A stretch of 64,000 bases of DNA, from positions 1,504,001 through 1,568,000 of the forward strand of contig OZ241744.1 of NCBI GenBank assembly GCA_965200965.1. Reading direction: 5' to 3'. This DNA is from an uncultured Candidatus Binatia bacterium (lineage in GTDB: Bacteria; Desulfobacterota; Binatia; Bin18). Numbering within the stretch: the first letter of the stretch is position 1; the number at the start of each line of letters is the position of its first letter. The notes beneath the pieces were generated by a model. The model was not told the origin of the DNA. It made no database searches and worked only from the letters and a program-made list of their open reading frames with translations. The position numbers and the translations under genes were made by a program. Positions 47,445-60,427 of this stretch are shown here, piece after piece.

Positions 47445-48481
47445 AACACGCTCTCGTGTGACCGCCGGGATGAGCGCTGAGCCGGGGCCAGCTCTCGCAC
47501 GGCCACAAGCAGCCGCTGGCGCTTGACGGCCGGGTCGGTGGCAAAACTCTGGAGTTGGAGAAAAGCCGTAGTCACCCCAGCCTCCATATAGCGCTCGACA
47601 TGGGCGTGGACCTCCTCCGGCGGGCCGATCAGGATGAGTTCATCAATGACCGACTGCGGTACCGCGGCCACCGCCGCCCGGCGTTCGCCGCCGCTCCAGG
47701 CCCGCCACATCGGTCCCAGGGCGTCGGCGCGTCCCAGCCACTCGTGAAAGGCTTTGTAGACCGGAACGTTGAGATAGGTGTTGATATGGCGGCGGATACC
47801 GGTGTCGGTTTCGGGTGAGGGCGGGTCAACGCACACAAACAGCCGGGCGGTGATCTCGACCGCGGCGGGATCACGGCCGGCGTTTTGGGCGGCCTCGCGT
47901 ACAACGGCGACCGATTGTTTGACATCTTCGGCCGACAGCCAGTTGAGAATCGCACCGTCGCCAAGCTGCCCGGCCAAGCGCAACATGGCTGGGCGCAGGG
48001 CGGCCAAGTGAATCGGGACAGGCGCGATGGGCGGCCGACTCAGCCGAAAGCCCCGGACGCTGAAGGTCTCTCCCTCAAACACCACCCGCTCGCCGCTGAA
48101 CGCTTGGCGCAGAAACCTGACCATATCGCGGACCCGGCTAAGCGGGCGATGGAACTGGCCGCCGTTCCAGCTCTCCACAATTGGCTGTGAGCCGGCCCCC
48201 AGGCCCAGACAAAACCGGCCCGGGGCGATCTCGGCCAAGCCGGCGGCGGTCATGGCCAGGGTTGCCGGACCGCGGGTATACACATTGGCAATGGCGGTTC
48301 CCAGCCGCAGCCGGGTGGCCGCTCCAATCAGGGCCAGGAGCGAAAAACCATCCGTGCCGTCCACCTCCAAGGACCAGGCATCGGTATAGCCCAGCCGCTC
48401 GGCCTCACGCGCAAGCTCAGCGTGCTCGGCCAGCGGGACTGCCTCAATCGGAACGGACAGAGACCAGCGTTTTTGCGTCAT
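47441..48481 (-). CDS. LLM-class (probably F420-dependent) oxidoreductase
   Basis: [32 protein letters not shown] and [12 protein letters not shown]. Confidence 0.8.
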   Translation of the reverse strand: MTQKRWSLSVPIEAVPLAEHAELAREAERLGYTDAWSLEVDGTDGFSLLALIGAATRLRLGTAIANVYTRGPATLAMTAAGLAEIAPGRFCLGLGAGSQPIVESWNGGQFHRPLSRVRDMVRFLRQAFSGERVVFEGETFSVRGFRLSRPPIAPVPIHLAALRPAMLRLAGQLGDGAILNWLSAEDVKQSVAVVREAAQNAGRDPAAVEITARLFVCVDPPSPETDTGIRRHINTYLNVPVYKAFHEWLGRADALGPMWRAWSGGERRAAVAAVPQSVIDELILIGPPEEVHAHVERYMEAGVTTAFLQLQSFATDPAVKRQRLLVAVRELAPAQRSSRRSHESVL

Positions 48482-48560
48482 GGCGTGCTCCGTGGTGCGA
48501 TGAAAGGGAAACGTGGCAAAGAGGATTATACACGTCACATCCATGCCATATCTAGTCCGG

Positions 48561-48589
48561 TTGACTCCTTAAGCCAGAGCCGCTAGCGT
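48561..48589 (+). promoter_or_regulatory. Sigma70-type promoter for the FprA-like gene
   Basis: TTGACT-17 bp-TAGCGT. Confidence 0.45.
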
Positions 48590-48644
48590 GCGCCTCTACC
48601 ACAAGAAGGTTCCGATAGAGGACTGCTGAGCGGAAAGGGACAGC

Positions 48645-50045
48645 ATGGAAGCGCAACTGGGCAGCCCGGCGTATCCCCTCCGGGTCGCTATTTTTGGTTC
48701 TGGACCGGCCGGTTTTTACGCGGTGGCCGAGTTGTTACGGCAGAAAGACTACACGGTGGCGGTTGACCTGTTTGACCGGCTGCCGACCCCCTACGGGCTG
48801 GTACGCGGCGGCGTCGCCCCGGATCACCAGAAAATCAAAGCGGTCATCAGGCAGTACGAAAAAACCGCCGGCCACGGCCGCTTCCGGTTCTTTGGCAATG
48901 TGAGCTTTGGCACCGATGTATCCATCAAAGAGATCCTGGCCCACTATCACCAAGTCCTGTTTGCCACCGGGGCAGAATCGGACCGCCGGTTGGGCATCCC
49001 CGGCGAAGACCTGCCCGGCAGCTACCCGGCGACAATTTTTGTCGGCTGGTACAACGGGCATCCAGACTATCGCGATCTGGAGTTTGACCTGAGCCAGGTC
49101 GAGCGGGTGGCGGTGATCGGCAACGGCAATGTGGCGATGGATGTGACACGCATCCTGACCAAGTCGGTCGAGGAGCTATCAACCACCGATATCACCAACT
49201 ATGCGCTGGACACCTTGGGCAAAAGCGCGGTCAAAGAGATTTTTCTACTAGGCCGCCGGGGAGCGGCCCAGGCGGCGTTCACCAACCCGGAGATCCGTGA
49301 GTTGGCCCAGATTCCGCAGGTCGATCTCATCGTCCACCCGCCCGACCTAGTCATGGACCCATTCAGTCAGGAGTTTCTTGACCAAGCCCCGGACGTCCAT
49401 CGGCGCAATGTTTATATTCTGGCCAGACAGTTGGAGAAGGGCGAGGGCAATGGGCGGCGCAAGATTCGGGTCCGCTTTTTTGTCTCGCCGGTCGAGATTC
49501 TGGGCAGCGAGCGGGTTGAGGGCGTGCGCCTAGAGAAGAACACCCTGGTCAAAGACGAGGGCGGAACGCTGCGCTCGCACGGAATCGGGGTCTATGAGGA
49601 GTTTCCGATTCAGATGATCTTTCGCTCCATCGGCTACAAAGGCCACCGCCTGCCAGGCGTGCCGTTTGATGAGCGCGCCGGCATCATCCCCAACCAGGAC
49701 GGGCGGGTGATCGATCAGGAAACCGGCGCGGTCGTGCCACGCCTGTACGTCACCGGCTGGATTAAACGCGGTCCATCCGGCGTGGTCGGTACCAACAAAC
49801 CCGACGCGGTGGACAGCGTGAGGCGGATGCTTGAAGACGCACCGGTGTCAGCGGACGGACTGAGCAGCGACCCCGAAGCCCTTCCCAGCCTGCTGTCAGC
49901 CAGGGGCGTTCGCTACGTCAGCTTTGCCGACTGGAAACGGCTGGACCAGATTGAGATCGAAGCCGGCAAGCCCTTGGGCAAACCGCGCGAGAAACTCACC
50001 ACCGTCCAAGCCATGCTTGAAGCCCTGAACACGGCCGCCCAGTAG
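48645..50045 (+). CDS. NADPH:ferredoxin (adrenodoxin-reductase-type) oxidoreductase, FprA-like
   Basis: GSGPAG, PYGLVRGGVAPDH, GNGNVAMD and GWIKRGPSGVVGTN. Confidence 0.9.
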   Translation: MEAQLGSPAYPLRVAIFGSGPAGFYAVAELLRQKDYTVAVDLFDRLPTPYGLVRGGVAPDHQKIKAVIRQYEKTAGHGRFRFFGNVSFGTDVSIKEILAHYHQVLFATGAESDRRLGIPGEDLPGSYPATIFVGWYNGHPDYRDLEFDLSQVERVAVIGNGNVAMDVTRILTKSVEELSTTDITNYALDTLGKSAVKEIFLLGRRGAAQAAFTNPEIRELAQIPQVDLIVHPPDLVMDPFSQEFLDQAPDVHRRNVYILARQLEKGEGNGRRKIRVRFFVSPVEILGSERVEGVRLEKNTLVKDEGGTLRSHGIGVYEEFPIQMIFRSIGYKGHRLPGVPFDERAGIIPNQDGRVIDQETGAVVPRLYVTGWIKRGPSGVVGTNKPDAVDSVRRMLEDAPVSADGLSSDPEALPSLLSARGVRYVSFADWKRLDQIEIEAGKPLGKPREKLTTVQAMLEALNTAAQ

Positions 50046-50061
50046 ACCGGCCGGGGCAGCA

Positions 50062-50991
50062 TCAGCCTCTGGGGTGATACTTGCGGTGTACCTCACGCAG
50101 TCGCTCATTACTCAGATGCGTGTATATCTGGGTTGTGGCAATATCAACATGGCCCAGCATGGACTGGACTGCCCGCAGGTCGGCCCCACCTTCGAGCAAA
50201 TGGGTGGCAAAGGCGTGGCGCAGGGCGTGCGGATAGAGCGCCCCACCGTCGGCCGCCCGCGTGGCGTGCTGTTTGAGCAGCCGCCAAAAACCCTGACGGC
50301 TGAGGGGCTTGGCGGAGCGGGTAACGAACACAAAGGAACTCGCCCGCTGCTTGAGGAGTGCCGGCCGCGCCTGGTCGAGATAGGCGTCGAGTTTTGTCTT
50401 GGCCTCTGACCCGAGCGGTACCACGCGCTCACGTCCACCTTTGCCCCGGACCCGGACAAAGCCGGCTTCAAGATTGAGCTGGCTGAGGTCGAGCATGACC
50501 AGTTCGGAAACGCGCAGGCCGGTGGCGTACAGCAGCTCGATCATGGCCCGGTCGCGCAGACCGAGCGGGGTTGAGGCGTCTGGTGACGTGAGCAGCGCGT
50601 CGATCTGCGCCTGAGACGGTGCCTGGGGCAGATGGCGGCCAATTCTGGGCAGCGGCAGGTGGGCGGTCGGGTCGGCCCCGGGCAAAAGCTCCTCGCGCTG
50701 GAGAAAGCAGTATAAGCCTCTGAGGACGATGAGGACCCGGGCTTGGCTGCGCGCCGACAGGCCCCGGTCGCGGAGGCTGGCCAGAAAGCCAATCAGATGA
50801 CGGGGGCCGGCCCGTCTCAGGTCATCAAGCCCCTGGTTGGCCAGATAGCGACAAAACTCGCCTACATCCCGGCTGTAGGCCTGGATGGTATTTTTTGCTA
50901 GGCCCTTCTCGACCGTAATATAGTTCAGAAACGCGTCCACGCAGGTGTCGCTGGCCGCTACGCTTCCCGGCTGGGTGTCCTGCTCCGCCAT
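50062..50991 (-). CDS. xerD: Tyrosine recombinase XerD
   Basis: LYATGLRVSEL, PHALRHAFATHLL, LGH..TTQIYT and HPRG C-terminus. Confidence 0.92.
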   Translation of the reverse strand: MAEQDTQPGSVAASDTCVDAFLNYITVEKGLAKNTIQAYSRDVGEFCRYLANQGLDDLRRAGPRHLIGFLASLRDRGLSARSQARVLIVLRGLYCFLQREELLPGADPTAHLPLPRIGRHLPQAPSQAQIDALLTSPDASTPLGLRDRAMIELLYATGLRVSELVMLDLSQLNLEAGFVRVRGKGGRERVVPLGSEAKTKLDAYLDQARPALLKQRASSFVFVTRSAKPLSRQGFWRLLKQHATRAADGGALYPHALRHAFATHLLEGGADLRAVQSMLGHVDIATTQIYTHLSNERLREVHRKYHPRG

Positions 50992-53720
50992 GAGTCCTTC
51001 CTCCCCTCCGCCTCAGAGATACGCCGCCGCAGGGCAGCGGCAAGCTGGTCTGGATCAGTAATTTTGTCGCCCTGGCTGTCGGTGACATAGAAGACATCCA
51101 GGATTTGATGCACATTGGTCGTAATTTTGGCCAGATGGATGATCAGCCCGAGCTGGAACAGGGCCGCGGTGACCCGAAACAGGAAGCCGGTTCGGTCGGG
51201 GGCCGTGACATCAATAACGGTATACGCAGGCGAGCTGCTGTTATCGACCGTTATCTCGGTCGGGACACGCGCATAGTGCCGGTCGAGGTAGTCCGGCGGG
51301 CGAGTCGTGTGGAGCAGGTCCTCCAGCGTCCGCTCTCCGCGCAGCACCGCGCCGAGGCGGATCCGCAGCCGGGCCCACAGCTCGCTATTCATAACGACTT
51401 CAGCCCGCCCGGCGTGGGACAGCCGAAAAACGTCGAGCGCGAGACCATCCCGACTCGTTGAGATACGCGCACCGGCAACATTGAGGTTGTTGACCGCCAG
51501 CACGCCGGTCAGCAGCGCAAACAGACCCGGCCGATCGTGGGTCACAATGGTCAACTCGCTGTACTCGCGCTCGGGACGATGGACGAGGGCGAGCCGATAC
51601 GGGTCGTGTCCGGCCTGGTGGCCGTCGGCCTGGATAAAACGGGTGAGTAAGCGGAAATGGTCGGGGACGGCCTCTTCCGGGGTCAACAGAAAATAGCTGT
51701 CCGGCATGTCGTCCAAAAAGGCCCGCAGCTGGTCGGGGGTGGCCTGTGCCCGGCTTGGCAACAGCGTCGCCAGCATGTCTTTGCGGCGTTGAACGCGGGC
51801 CTGGGGGTCTTCTTCAACCGACAGGCCGGTCTCGAAGCGCTCCAGTGTACGCAGATACAACTCGTCGAGCAAACCCGCCTTCCAGCTGTTCCACACCTGA
51901 GGGCCGACCGCCTTCATATCGGCAAAGGTCAGCAGGTAGAGCTTTTTGAGCATGTCCTGATGCTCAACGGTCCGGGCAAACTCGGCGATCAGACCGTCGT
52001 CAGAGATATCCCGGCGCTGGGCAATATACGACATCAGCAGGTGGTGTTGGACGAGCAGATACCACTCGTGGGCGTCGTCCTCCGCCATCCCCCAGCGCTC
52101 GGCCGCCTGGCGCACCATGAGCGCGCTGCGCTGCTCGTGCTCACTGCCGTGGCCCTTGCCAACGTCGTGGTACAGCATAGCCAGGAACAGCAGCTGAGGC
52201 TGGTCAATTTCGCGCATGACCTGGGTCAGCAGCGGCAGGTCTTCTTTGAACTGCCCCTCGCGCAGCTGCTCCAGGGCGGCCACGCCGTACAGGGTGTGCT
52301 CATCCACGGTGTAGACGTGGTAGAGATCGCGCTGAATGCGCCACTGCATCATGCCAAACTCGGGCAGAATCCAGCCCAGCACGCCCAGACGGTGCATCAG
52401 CCACAGGGTGTCGGCCACCCGCTGTTTCCAGTTCAGCACCGCGTACAGGGCGCTGCGCACGGCCGGACTTTCTCCGCCGTCGGGCGGCAGACGGTTGAGC
52501 GCGTCGCGCAAGAGTTGCTGGGTGGAGCGGGACATATGCACGCCGTGGCGCTGGGCGTCGTGAAACACCGTCACTATATTGACCGGCTCGTCGGTCAATA
52601 TCTCGGGCCTGGTGACCGCTAGGGTCTGGCCGTCGATTCTGACCCCGGGCCGGATATCGCGTCCCCGTCTGCGCCGGAAAAATGACCGCCGGGGCGTCTC
52701 AAGGCACTGCTCCAGCATCAGACGCGAGAAGTCGTACAGGGTGGTGGCGTGGCGGTAATACTCGTACATGAAGCTGGCCACATCGGCAAAGCCAAGCTGG
52801 GGGGCGAGCTGGTCCTGTTGCTCAACGGTCAGCTGGTCGCACTCGCTGTGGGTGGCCAAGTGCAGGGCGTTGCGCACCCCCCACACAAATTCACGCGCGG
52901 CTTCAACTTGGTCAAGGCGCTGTTGGGGGACGATCCCCTTCTGGAACAGATCGTGCCAAGTCCGAATCCTGAACTTGACCTTGGCTAGCCACCAAGCGGT
53001 GTGGAGGTCGCGCAGACCACCCGGGCTGTCCTTGATGTTGGGTTCAAGCCGGTAGGGAGAGTTGCCGTGCTGGGCGTGCCGCTGGCGGCTCTCCTGAGCT
53101 TTTTCTTGAAAAAAACGTTTGGTCTGGCTGCCGATAATCTCACGCTCAAGAGCCAGCTCAAATTCCCGGCTCAGCTGTCCATCGCCGCACAGCGGTCGGG
53201 CATCAAGCAACGAGGTTTTGACTTGCAGGTCTTGGGCGGCCAAGCGGGTACAGGTGCGCACCGTGCGGACCGCATGGCCGACGACACACCCAGCATCAAG
53301 CAGGTTGTAGTAGAGCATCTCGCAGATCGTCTCGACATACGGAGTGACTTTCCAGTTATATAAGAACAGCAGATCAAGGTCCGAATAGGGGTTGAGCTCG
53401 CCTCGGCCATAGCCGCCCTGAGCCAGGACCGCACAGCGTTGTTGGAGGCGGGTATGGCGGCGGGTGTAGAGTTGGCTTGCGGCGGCGAACAGATACTGAA
53501 TCAAACGGTCGATGTGGGCGGTATAGTGGCTGACTAGCTCCCCGCCTCCGACGCCGTCCCGCTGCTGCTTGGCCAGATTCGCCCGCAGGCGGGTCACATA
53601 GTCTTTGCTGATTGTTTTGAGATCGAAATCCGGGCCGGCGTCCAACTCGGCCGGAGGCAGGGGGGGCAGGATAAGGCCGGACGGGCGTATCAGACCGGTC
53701 CCGGGCGGAGCGACTGGCAT
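50958..53720 (-). CDS. glnD: [Protein-PII] uridylyltransferase
   Basis: GGYGRGELNPYSDLD NTase motif, HVYTVDEH, HD motif (YHDVGKG) and two ACT domains. Confidence 0.95.
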   Translation of the reverse strand: MPVAPPGTGLIRPSGLILPPLPPAELDAGPDFDLKTISKDYVTRLRANLAKQQRDGVGGGELVSHYTAHIDRLIQYLFAAASQLYTRRHTRLQQRCAVLAQGGYGRGELNPYSDLDLLFLYNWKVTPYVETICEMLYYNLLDAGCVVGHAVRTVRTCTRLAAQDLQVKTSLLDARPLCGDGQLSREFELALEREIIGSQTKRFFQEKAQESRQRHAQHGNSPYRLEPNIKDSPGGLRDLHTAWWLAKVKFRIRTWHDLFQKGIVPQQRLDQVEAAREFVWGVRNALHLATHSECDQLTVEQQDQLAPQLGFADVASFMYEYYRHATTLYDFSRLMLEQCLETPRRSFFRRRRGRDIRPGVRIDGQTLAVTRPEILTDEPVNIVTVFHDAQRHGVHMSRSTQQLLRDALNRLPPDGGESPAVRSALYAVLNWKQRVADTLWLMHRLGVLGWILPEFGMMQWRIQRDLYHVYTVDEHTLYGVAALEQLREGQFKEDLPLLTQVMREIDQPQLLFLAMLYHDVGKGHGSEHEQRSALMVRQAAERWGMAEDDAHEWYLLVQHHLLMSYIAQRRDISDDGLIAEFARTVEHQDMLKKLYLLTFADMKAVGPQVWNSWKAGLLDELYLRTLERFETGLSVEEDPQARVQRRKDMLATLLPSRAQATPDQLRAFLDDMPDSYFLLTPEEAVPDHFRLLTRFIQADGHQAGHDPYRLALVHRPEREYSELTIVTHDRPGLFALLTGVLAVNNLNVAGARISTSRDGLALDVFRLSHAGRAEVVMNSELWARLRIRLGAVLRGERTLEDLLHTTRPPDYLDRHYARVPTEITVDNSSSPAYTVIDVTAPDRTGFLFRVTAALFQLGLIIHLAKITTNVHQILDVFYVTDSQGDKITDPDQLAAALRRRISEAEGRKDSWRSRTPSREA

Positions 53721-53722
53721 GA

Positions 53723-56201
<2,479 letters not shown>

Positions 56202-56284
56202 CAGCCCCTCTCCTTCTTTGGCGTCTGTTTGGGGTCTCGCATCGCACGGCGCATCTAATAGAATCCCCGTCCCAGCGTCAAGAG

Positions 56285-56560
56285 CTAGCCGGCGGAAGGC
56301 GGTACAACGACTTGGCGCAGGACGCTCAGCGCAAGCTCGGTATCTGCCCCGCTTATCCGCACTTCCAGCACGCTGCCATGTGGGGCACCTAAGGTCAGCA
56401 GTTCGATCACGCTGCGGCCGTTCACCGTCCGGCCATTCCAACTGACCATCACCTCGACTTCGCAGTTGCGCAGGCCCTGGACCCACATTGCGGCCACCCG
56501 GGCGTGCAGGCCCTCGGGGTGGGCGAGGGTCAGGCGAACAAGGGTGGGCGGCGTTGTCAT
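56285..56560 (-). CDS. Phosphocarrier HPr/NPr
   Basis: GLHAR (phospho-His) and NGRSV (regulatory Ser) motifs. Confidence 0.88.
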   Translation of the reverse strand: MTTPPTLVRLTLAHPEGLHARVAAMWVQGLRNCEVEVMVSWNGRTVNGRSVIELLTLGAPHGSVLEVRISGADTELALSVLRQVVVPPSAG

Positions 56561-56585
56561 GTCTATCCGGCGGCCCGGGCCACAC

Positions 56586-57053
56586 TTAGCGGTGCTGATC
56601 GCGGTGGCGGATATGGGCACTATAGCCGCTGTCAGCCAGACAGCGGCCGAGTTCTTCGGCCACCGACACCGAGCGATGCCGACCGCCCGTACAGCCAAGG
56701 GTCAGGGTCAGATAGCTTTTGCCCTCCCGGACATACAGGGGCAGGCTGAAGACCAGGAGTGCGCTCAGCTGGGCCAGAAAACGCTTGGCTTCGGGACAGG
56801 CGAGCACAAAAGCCGCGACTTCCGGCGAGTGGCCCGTAATGCCCAGACCAACCCGACCGATAGGCTGATGGCTGTTCTCGCACAAGCTCAGAAATTGGGG
56901 GACGAGGGTCACCGGCAGATTGGCGATACAGTAAAATCCGAGGTCTTCCAGGGCATGAATAGCTGTGCTCTTCCCCGAGCCGGACAAACCGGTCACGATC
57001 AGGACGCACCTAGACGGTACTGACGGCGGACCGGGGGGAGGCGACACGCTCAC
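56586..57053 (-). CDS. rapZ: RapZ (YvcJ) homologue with a large in-frame internal deletion
   Basis: N-terminal [17 protein letters not shown] and C-terminal [10 protein letters not shown] in only 155 aa. Confidence 0.8.
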   Translation of the reverse strand: MSVSPPPGPPSVPSRCVLIVTGLSGSGKSTAIHALEDLGFYCIANLPVTLVPQFLSLCENSHQPIGRVGLGITGHSPEVAAFVLACPEAKRFLAQLSALLVFSLPLYVREGKSYLTLTLGCTGGRHRSVSVAEELGRCLADSGYSAHIRHRDQHR

Positions 57054-57511
57054 AGCTTGGCGTCCTCTCGGGAGATCAGCCGGAACAGCTCAGCCTGGTT
57101 CTCGCCCTGGAGCAGGCGTTCCCGAAACGCCTTGTCCTTGAGCAGGCGAGATACCCGGGCCAGGGCTTTGAGATGAACGCCGGCTGAGTCTTCGGGCGCA
57201 ACGAGCAAGAAAAACAGCTGGGTCAGGGCCCCGTCCAGTGATTGACAATCGATCCCCGACCGACTGCGGCCGAAGACGGCCACAACGCCTTTGAGTCCTG
57301 GCAGTTTGCCGTGAGGGATGGCAATCCCCTTGCCGATGGCCGTCGTGCCCAGCCGTTCTCGCTCAAGCAGGACCGCCAGCAGGGTCTGGGCGTTGATGTG
57401 GGGATAGTAGGCAGCCAACTGCTGGGAGAGTTCGTGGAGGACATCGGTCTTGGTCGTGCTGCGCAGTTGGGGAACAACGAGCTCTTGATTCAGGATATCG
57501 ACCACACGCAT
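57050..57511 (-). CDS. ptsN: PTS EIIA(Ntr)
   Basis: [18 protein letters not shown]; downstream of rpoN. Confidence 0.9.
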   Translation of the reverse strand: MRVVDILNQELVVPQLRSTTKTDVLHELSQQLAAYYPHINAQTLLAVLLERERLGTTAIGKGIAIPHGKLPGLKGVVAVFGRSRSGIDCQSLDGALTQLFFLLVAPEDSAGVHLKALARVSRLLKDKAFRERLLQGENQAELFRLISREDAKL

Positions 57512-57544
57512 AAAATGCCGTTCTTGTGTTGTATAGGCCGCGTC

Positions 57545-58999
57545 CTAGCGCGGTTTCTTGCGTTTTGATGACGAGGGAATATGGAGCGCCTCACGATATT
57601 TGGCCACCGTGCGGCGCGCGATGGTGATGTGATCAGCCGCCAGCCGGCAGGCAATTGCCTCATCGCTCAGCGGCCGGTCGCTTTCCTCGGCCTGGATCAT
57701 TTGGCGGATGCGTTCTTTGACGCTAGCGGCCGCAATGTCCTGGCCGTGACTACCTTTCAGACCGGTGGCGAAAAAATTCTTGAGCGTCGCAATACCGCGC
57801 GGCGTGGCAATATATTTATTGGCAATTGCGCGGCTGACGGTTGACTCATGAATTCCGATTTCGTCCGCCACCTCACGCAATACCAGGGGCCGCATACGGG
57901 AGACCCCGTAGGTCAAAAAATCCTTTTGAAACATGACGATGCTCTGGGCAACCAGCAGCAGGGTGCGTTGACGCTGGTGGATGCTCTTAATCAGCCAAGC
58001 TGCGGCACGGAGTTTCCCGCGTACATACTCTTTGGCAGCACCGTCCGGACTGTTCAGAAAGCGACGGTAGGAGGCGTTCACCTTGAGCCGCGGCAGGCCG
58101 TCTTCGTTGAGCGCGACTACATACTCATCGCCGACCTTGTAGACATACACATCCGGGGTAATATAACAGGTATCCCCTCCACCAAAGTTGCGACCCGGCT
58201 TGGGCTCCAGGCTCGCAATCAGACGGACCGCGCACTCCACCCGTTCGGCACTCATCTCCAACACTTTGGCCAAGCGCTCGCTGGGCTGAGCTTCGAGCAG
58301 GCCGAGATGGGTGTCAACAATGCGCAGGGCCAGACTGAAGACGGGATCACCATTGCCCCCCGCTTCGCCCTGCCGCAAACGCAGCTGGGAGAGCAGGCAC
58401 TCGCGCAGGTTGCGAGCCCCAACCCCGGGTGGATCACAGATCTGGATGAGACCTAAGACCTGTTCGACCTGAGCGGTCCCGACCTGTCTGGCCAAGTCAG
58501 AGGAACTTTGTGCGGCAATGTCGGCCAGCGGCGTCTGCAAATAGCCGTCAGTATTGAGTTCGCCAATAATCAGCGAGGCAAGGTGCTGTTCCTCGGGACC
58601 CAGGTTGTGAAAGCGGAGTTGATTTAAGAGGTGCTGTTCCAAAGATGCGGGACGGTTGGGATGATTTTCAATCAGACTCGGCCGCTCCTCGTCCACCTCT
58701 TCGCCACTGGAAGTCGGCAGGGATGGCATATAGCTCTCCAGATAGGTATGCCAATCAATTTCCTCCTCGGCACTTTTCTCCTGGGCCGCAGTTGGTGGAC
58801 CGTCAAGCAGCGCGACCTCTTGATCACCAGCCGCTTCAACGGCTTCGACTCCCAGCACCGGGTTCTGGTCGAGTTCGTCATGAATCAGGATGTCTAACTC
58901 GCCCCGGGGCAACTGTAAAATCTTGATAGCCTGCTGCAGCTGGGGCGTAATGGCCAGTTTTTGCTGGAGTTTTTGTTGAAGTCGGGCTTCTAAGGCCAT
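57545..58999 (-). CDS. rpoN: RNA polymerase sigma-54 factor
   Basis: TPQLQQAIKILQL, HESTVSR and RpoN box ARRTVAKYRE. Confidence 0.96.
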   Translation of the reverse strand: MALEARLQQKLQQKLAITPQLQQAIKILQLPRGELDILIHDELDQNPVLGVEAVEAAGDQEVALLDGPPTAAQEKSAEEEIDWHTYLESYMPSLPTSSGEEVDEERPSLIENHPNRPASLEQHLLNQLRFHNLGPEEQHLASLIIGELNTDGYLQTPLADIAAQSSSDLARQVGTAQVEQVLGLIQICDPPGVGARNLRECLLSQLRLRQGEAGGNGDPVFSLALRIVDTHLGLLEAQPSERLAKVLEMSAERVECAVRLIASLEPKPGRNFGGGDTCYITPDVYVYKVGDEYVVALNEDGLPRLKVNASYRRFLNSPDGAAKEYVRGKLRAAAWLIKSIHQRQRTLLLVAQSIVMFQKDFLTYGVSRMRPLVLREVADEIGIHESTVSRAIANKYIATPRGIATLKNFFATGLKGSHGQDIAAASVKERIRQMIQAEESDRPLSDEAIACRLAADHITIARRTVAKYREALHIPSSSKRKKPR

Positions 59000-59042
59000 A
59001 CGCGTGTCTTCCTCAGCCGCTTGTGGGTGGTGGCCAGGACTC

Positions 59043-59774
59043 TCATAGCCGAAAGCGCTCACCCAAATATGCCTGCCGGGCACGCGTGCTGGTGGTCAGT
59101 TGCGCGGGCGTGCCTTCTTCAAAGACTTGGCCATCACTCAGGATATAGGCGCGATCACAGATACTCAGCGTTTCGCGGACATTGTGATCGGTCACCAACA
59201 CGCCGATGCCGCGTGTCCGCAACTGGACAATAATATCCTGGATATCAACCACCGACAGGGGATCAATCCCGGCAAAGGGTTCATCAAGCAGCATAAAGGT
59301 CGGGTCCATGACCAGGGCGCGAGAGATTTCGACCCGCCGTCGCTCTCCACCCGACAGCGAATCGGCCCGATTTTTGGCCAAATGGCTGATATGCAGGTCG
59401 GCCAGCAGATGTTCGAGGCGTTCCCGACGCTGGCTTTTTGTCAGGGCCAGGGTCTCAAGAATGGCCAGCAAATTCTCCTCAACCGTCAGCTTGCGAAAAA
59501 TCGACGGCTCTTGGGGCAAATACGTCACGCCTCTGCGCGCGCGTTGGTGCATGGGTAAAAATGTAAAGTCTTGGTCGTTGAAACACACCCGGCCTCGGTC
59601 GGGACGAATGACGCCGACAATGATGGAGAAAGTGGTGGTTTTTCCCGCCCCGTTTGGCCCCAACAGGCCGACCACCTCTCCCCCCTTCACCTCGATTGTG
59701 ACATTGCGCAGCACAGGCCGTCTGGCGTAGGTTTTATGCAGTCCCTCGCCGCGCAAAACTGGCTCTGCGCTCAC
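59043..59774 (-). CDS. lptB: LPS export ATPase LptB
   Basis: GPNGAGKT, YLPQE, LSGGERRR, DEPFAGIDP and TDHNVRETL. Confidence 0.95.
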   Translation of the reverse strand: MSAEPVLRGEGLHKTYARRPVLRNVTIEVKGGEVVGLLGPNGAGKTTTFSIIVGVIRPDRGRVCFNDQDFTFLPMHQRARRGVTYLPQEPSIFRKLTVEENLLAILETLALTKSQRRERLEHLLADLHISHLAKNRADSLSGGERRRVEISRALVMDPTFMLLDEPFAGIDPLSVVDIQDIIVQLRTRGIGVLVTDHNVRETLSICDRAYILSDGQVFEEGTPAQLTTSTRARQAYLGERFRL

Positions 59775-60427
59775 TGAGATGTCGTCCCTGGTGCGTTGTC
59801 CGACTGCGGAATGAGCCGCATGCGCGCCCGACCCTCAACCACACTCCGCCGCTCGTCAAGATAGACGCTGACCCGGTCGCCGCTGACCTGGTTGGCACCC
59901 TCACGCAGGACGACGTTGCCACTCAGGATTACCGTCCGTTTGTCCTGGTCAAAAATGAACTTTTGCCCGGTTGCGTAGCCGTTTTCGGCCTGCAACCTGA
60001 CATCACCCTCGGCAATAACCTCTTTGAGACGCTGTTGGGAGGTGGGAGACGGCGAGGACGGCTGCGTCGTGCTCTTTGACTGGGACAGATCTTCATAGGT
60101 GACTGTCAGTAGATTACAGGTCAGGGTTACCTCGCCCTGGGTGACCACCACCTTGTCCTGATACTGCACCCGTTTTTCGGCGTATAAAAACTCAAGACTG
60201 CCCGAGCGAATATCAATAGGCTGCCTGCGGTCGGCGAAAGACAGCGAATCAACAAAGCTTTGGCCCGCCCCTTGCCCCGAGCGGAGGTTCTGGGTACCGC
60301 GGTTGGTCTGTCCGGCGCTGTTGCCAGGCTGCCCCACTAGGAGGAGGGTCAGGCCGGCCGACACCAGCACTCGGTCGGTCCAAGCGGACCGGGACAGGAA
60401 GTGCCAAGAGCGCCTAGATATTGTCAT
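59771..60427 (-). CDS. lptA: LPS transport periplasmic protein LptA
   Basis: OstA-like beta-jellyroll pattern; lies between lptC and lptB. Confidence 0.82.
   Translation of the reverse strand: MTISRRSWHFLSRSAWTDRVLVSAGLTLLLVGQPGNSAGQTNRGTQNLRSGQGAGQSFVDSLSFADRRQPIDIRSGSLEFLYAEKRVQYQDKVVVTQGEVTLTCNLLTVTYEDLSQSKSTTQPSSPSPTSQQRLKEVIAEGDVRLQAENGYATGQKFIFDQDKRTVILSGNVVLREGANQVSGDRVSVYLDERRSVVEGRARMRLIPQSDNAPGTTSQ

Noticed and set aside
50062-50991. Tyrosine recombinase as a prophage or island integrase
   Set aside because: Typical XerD sequence in a housekeeping context, with no att site or phage genes.
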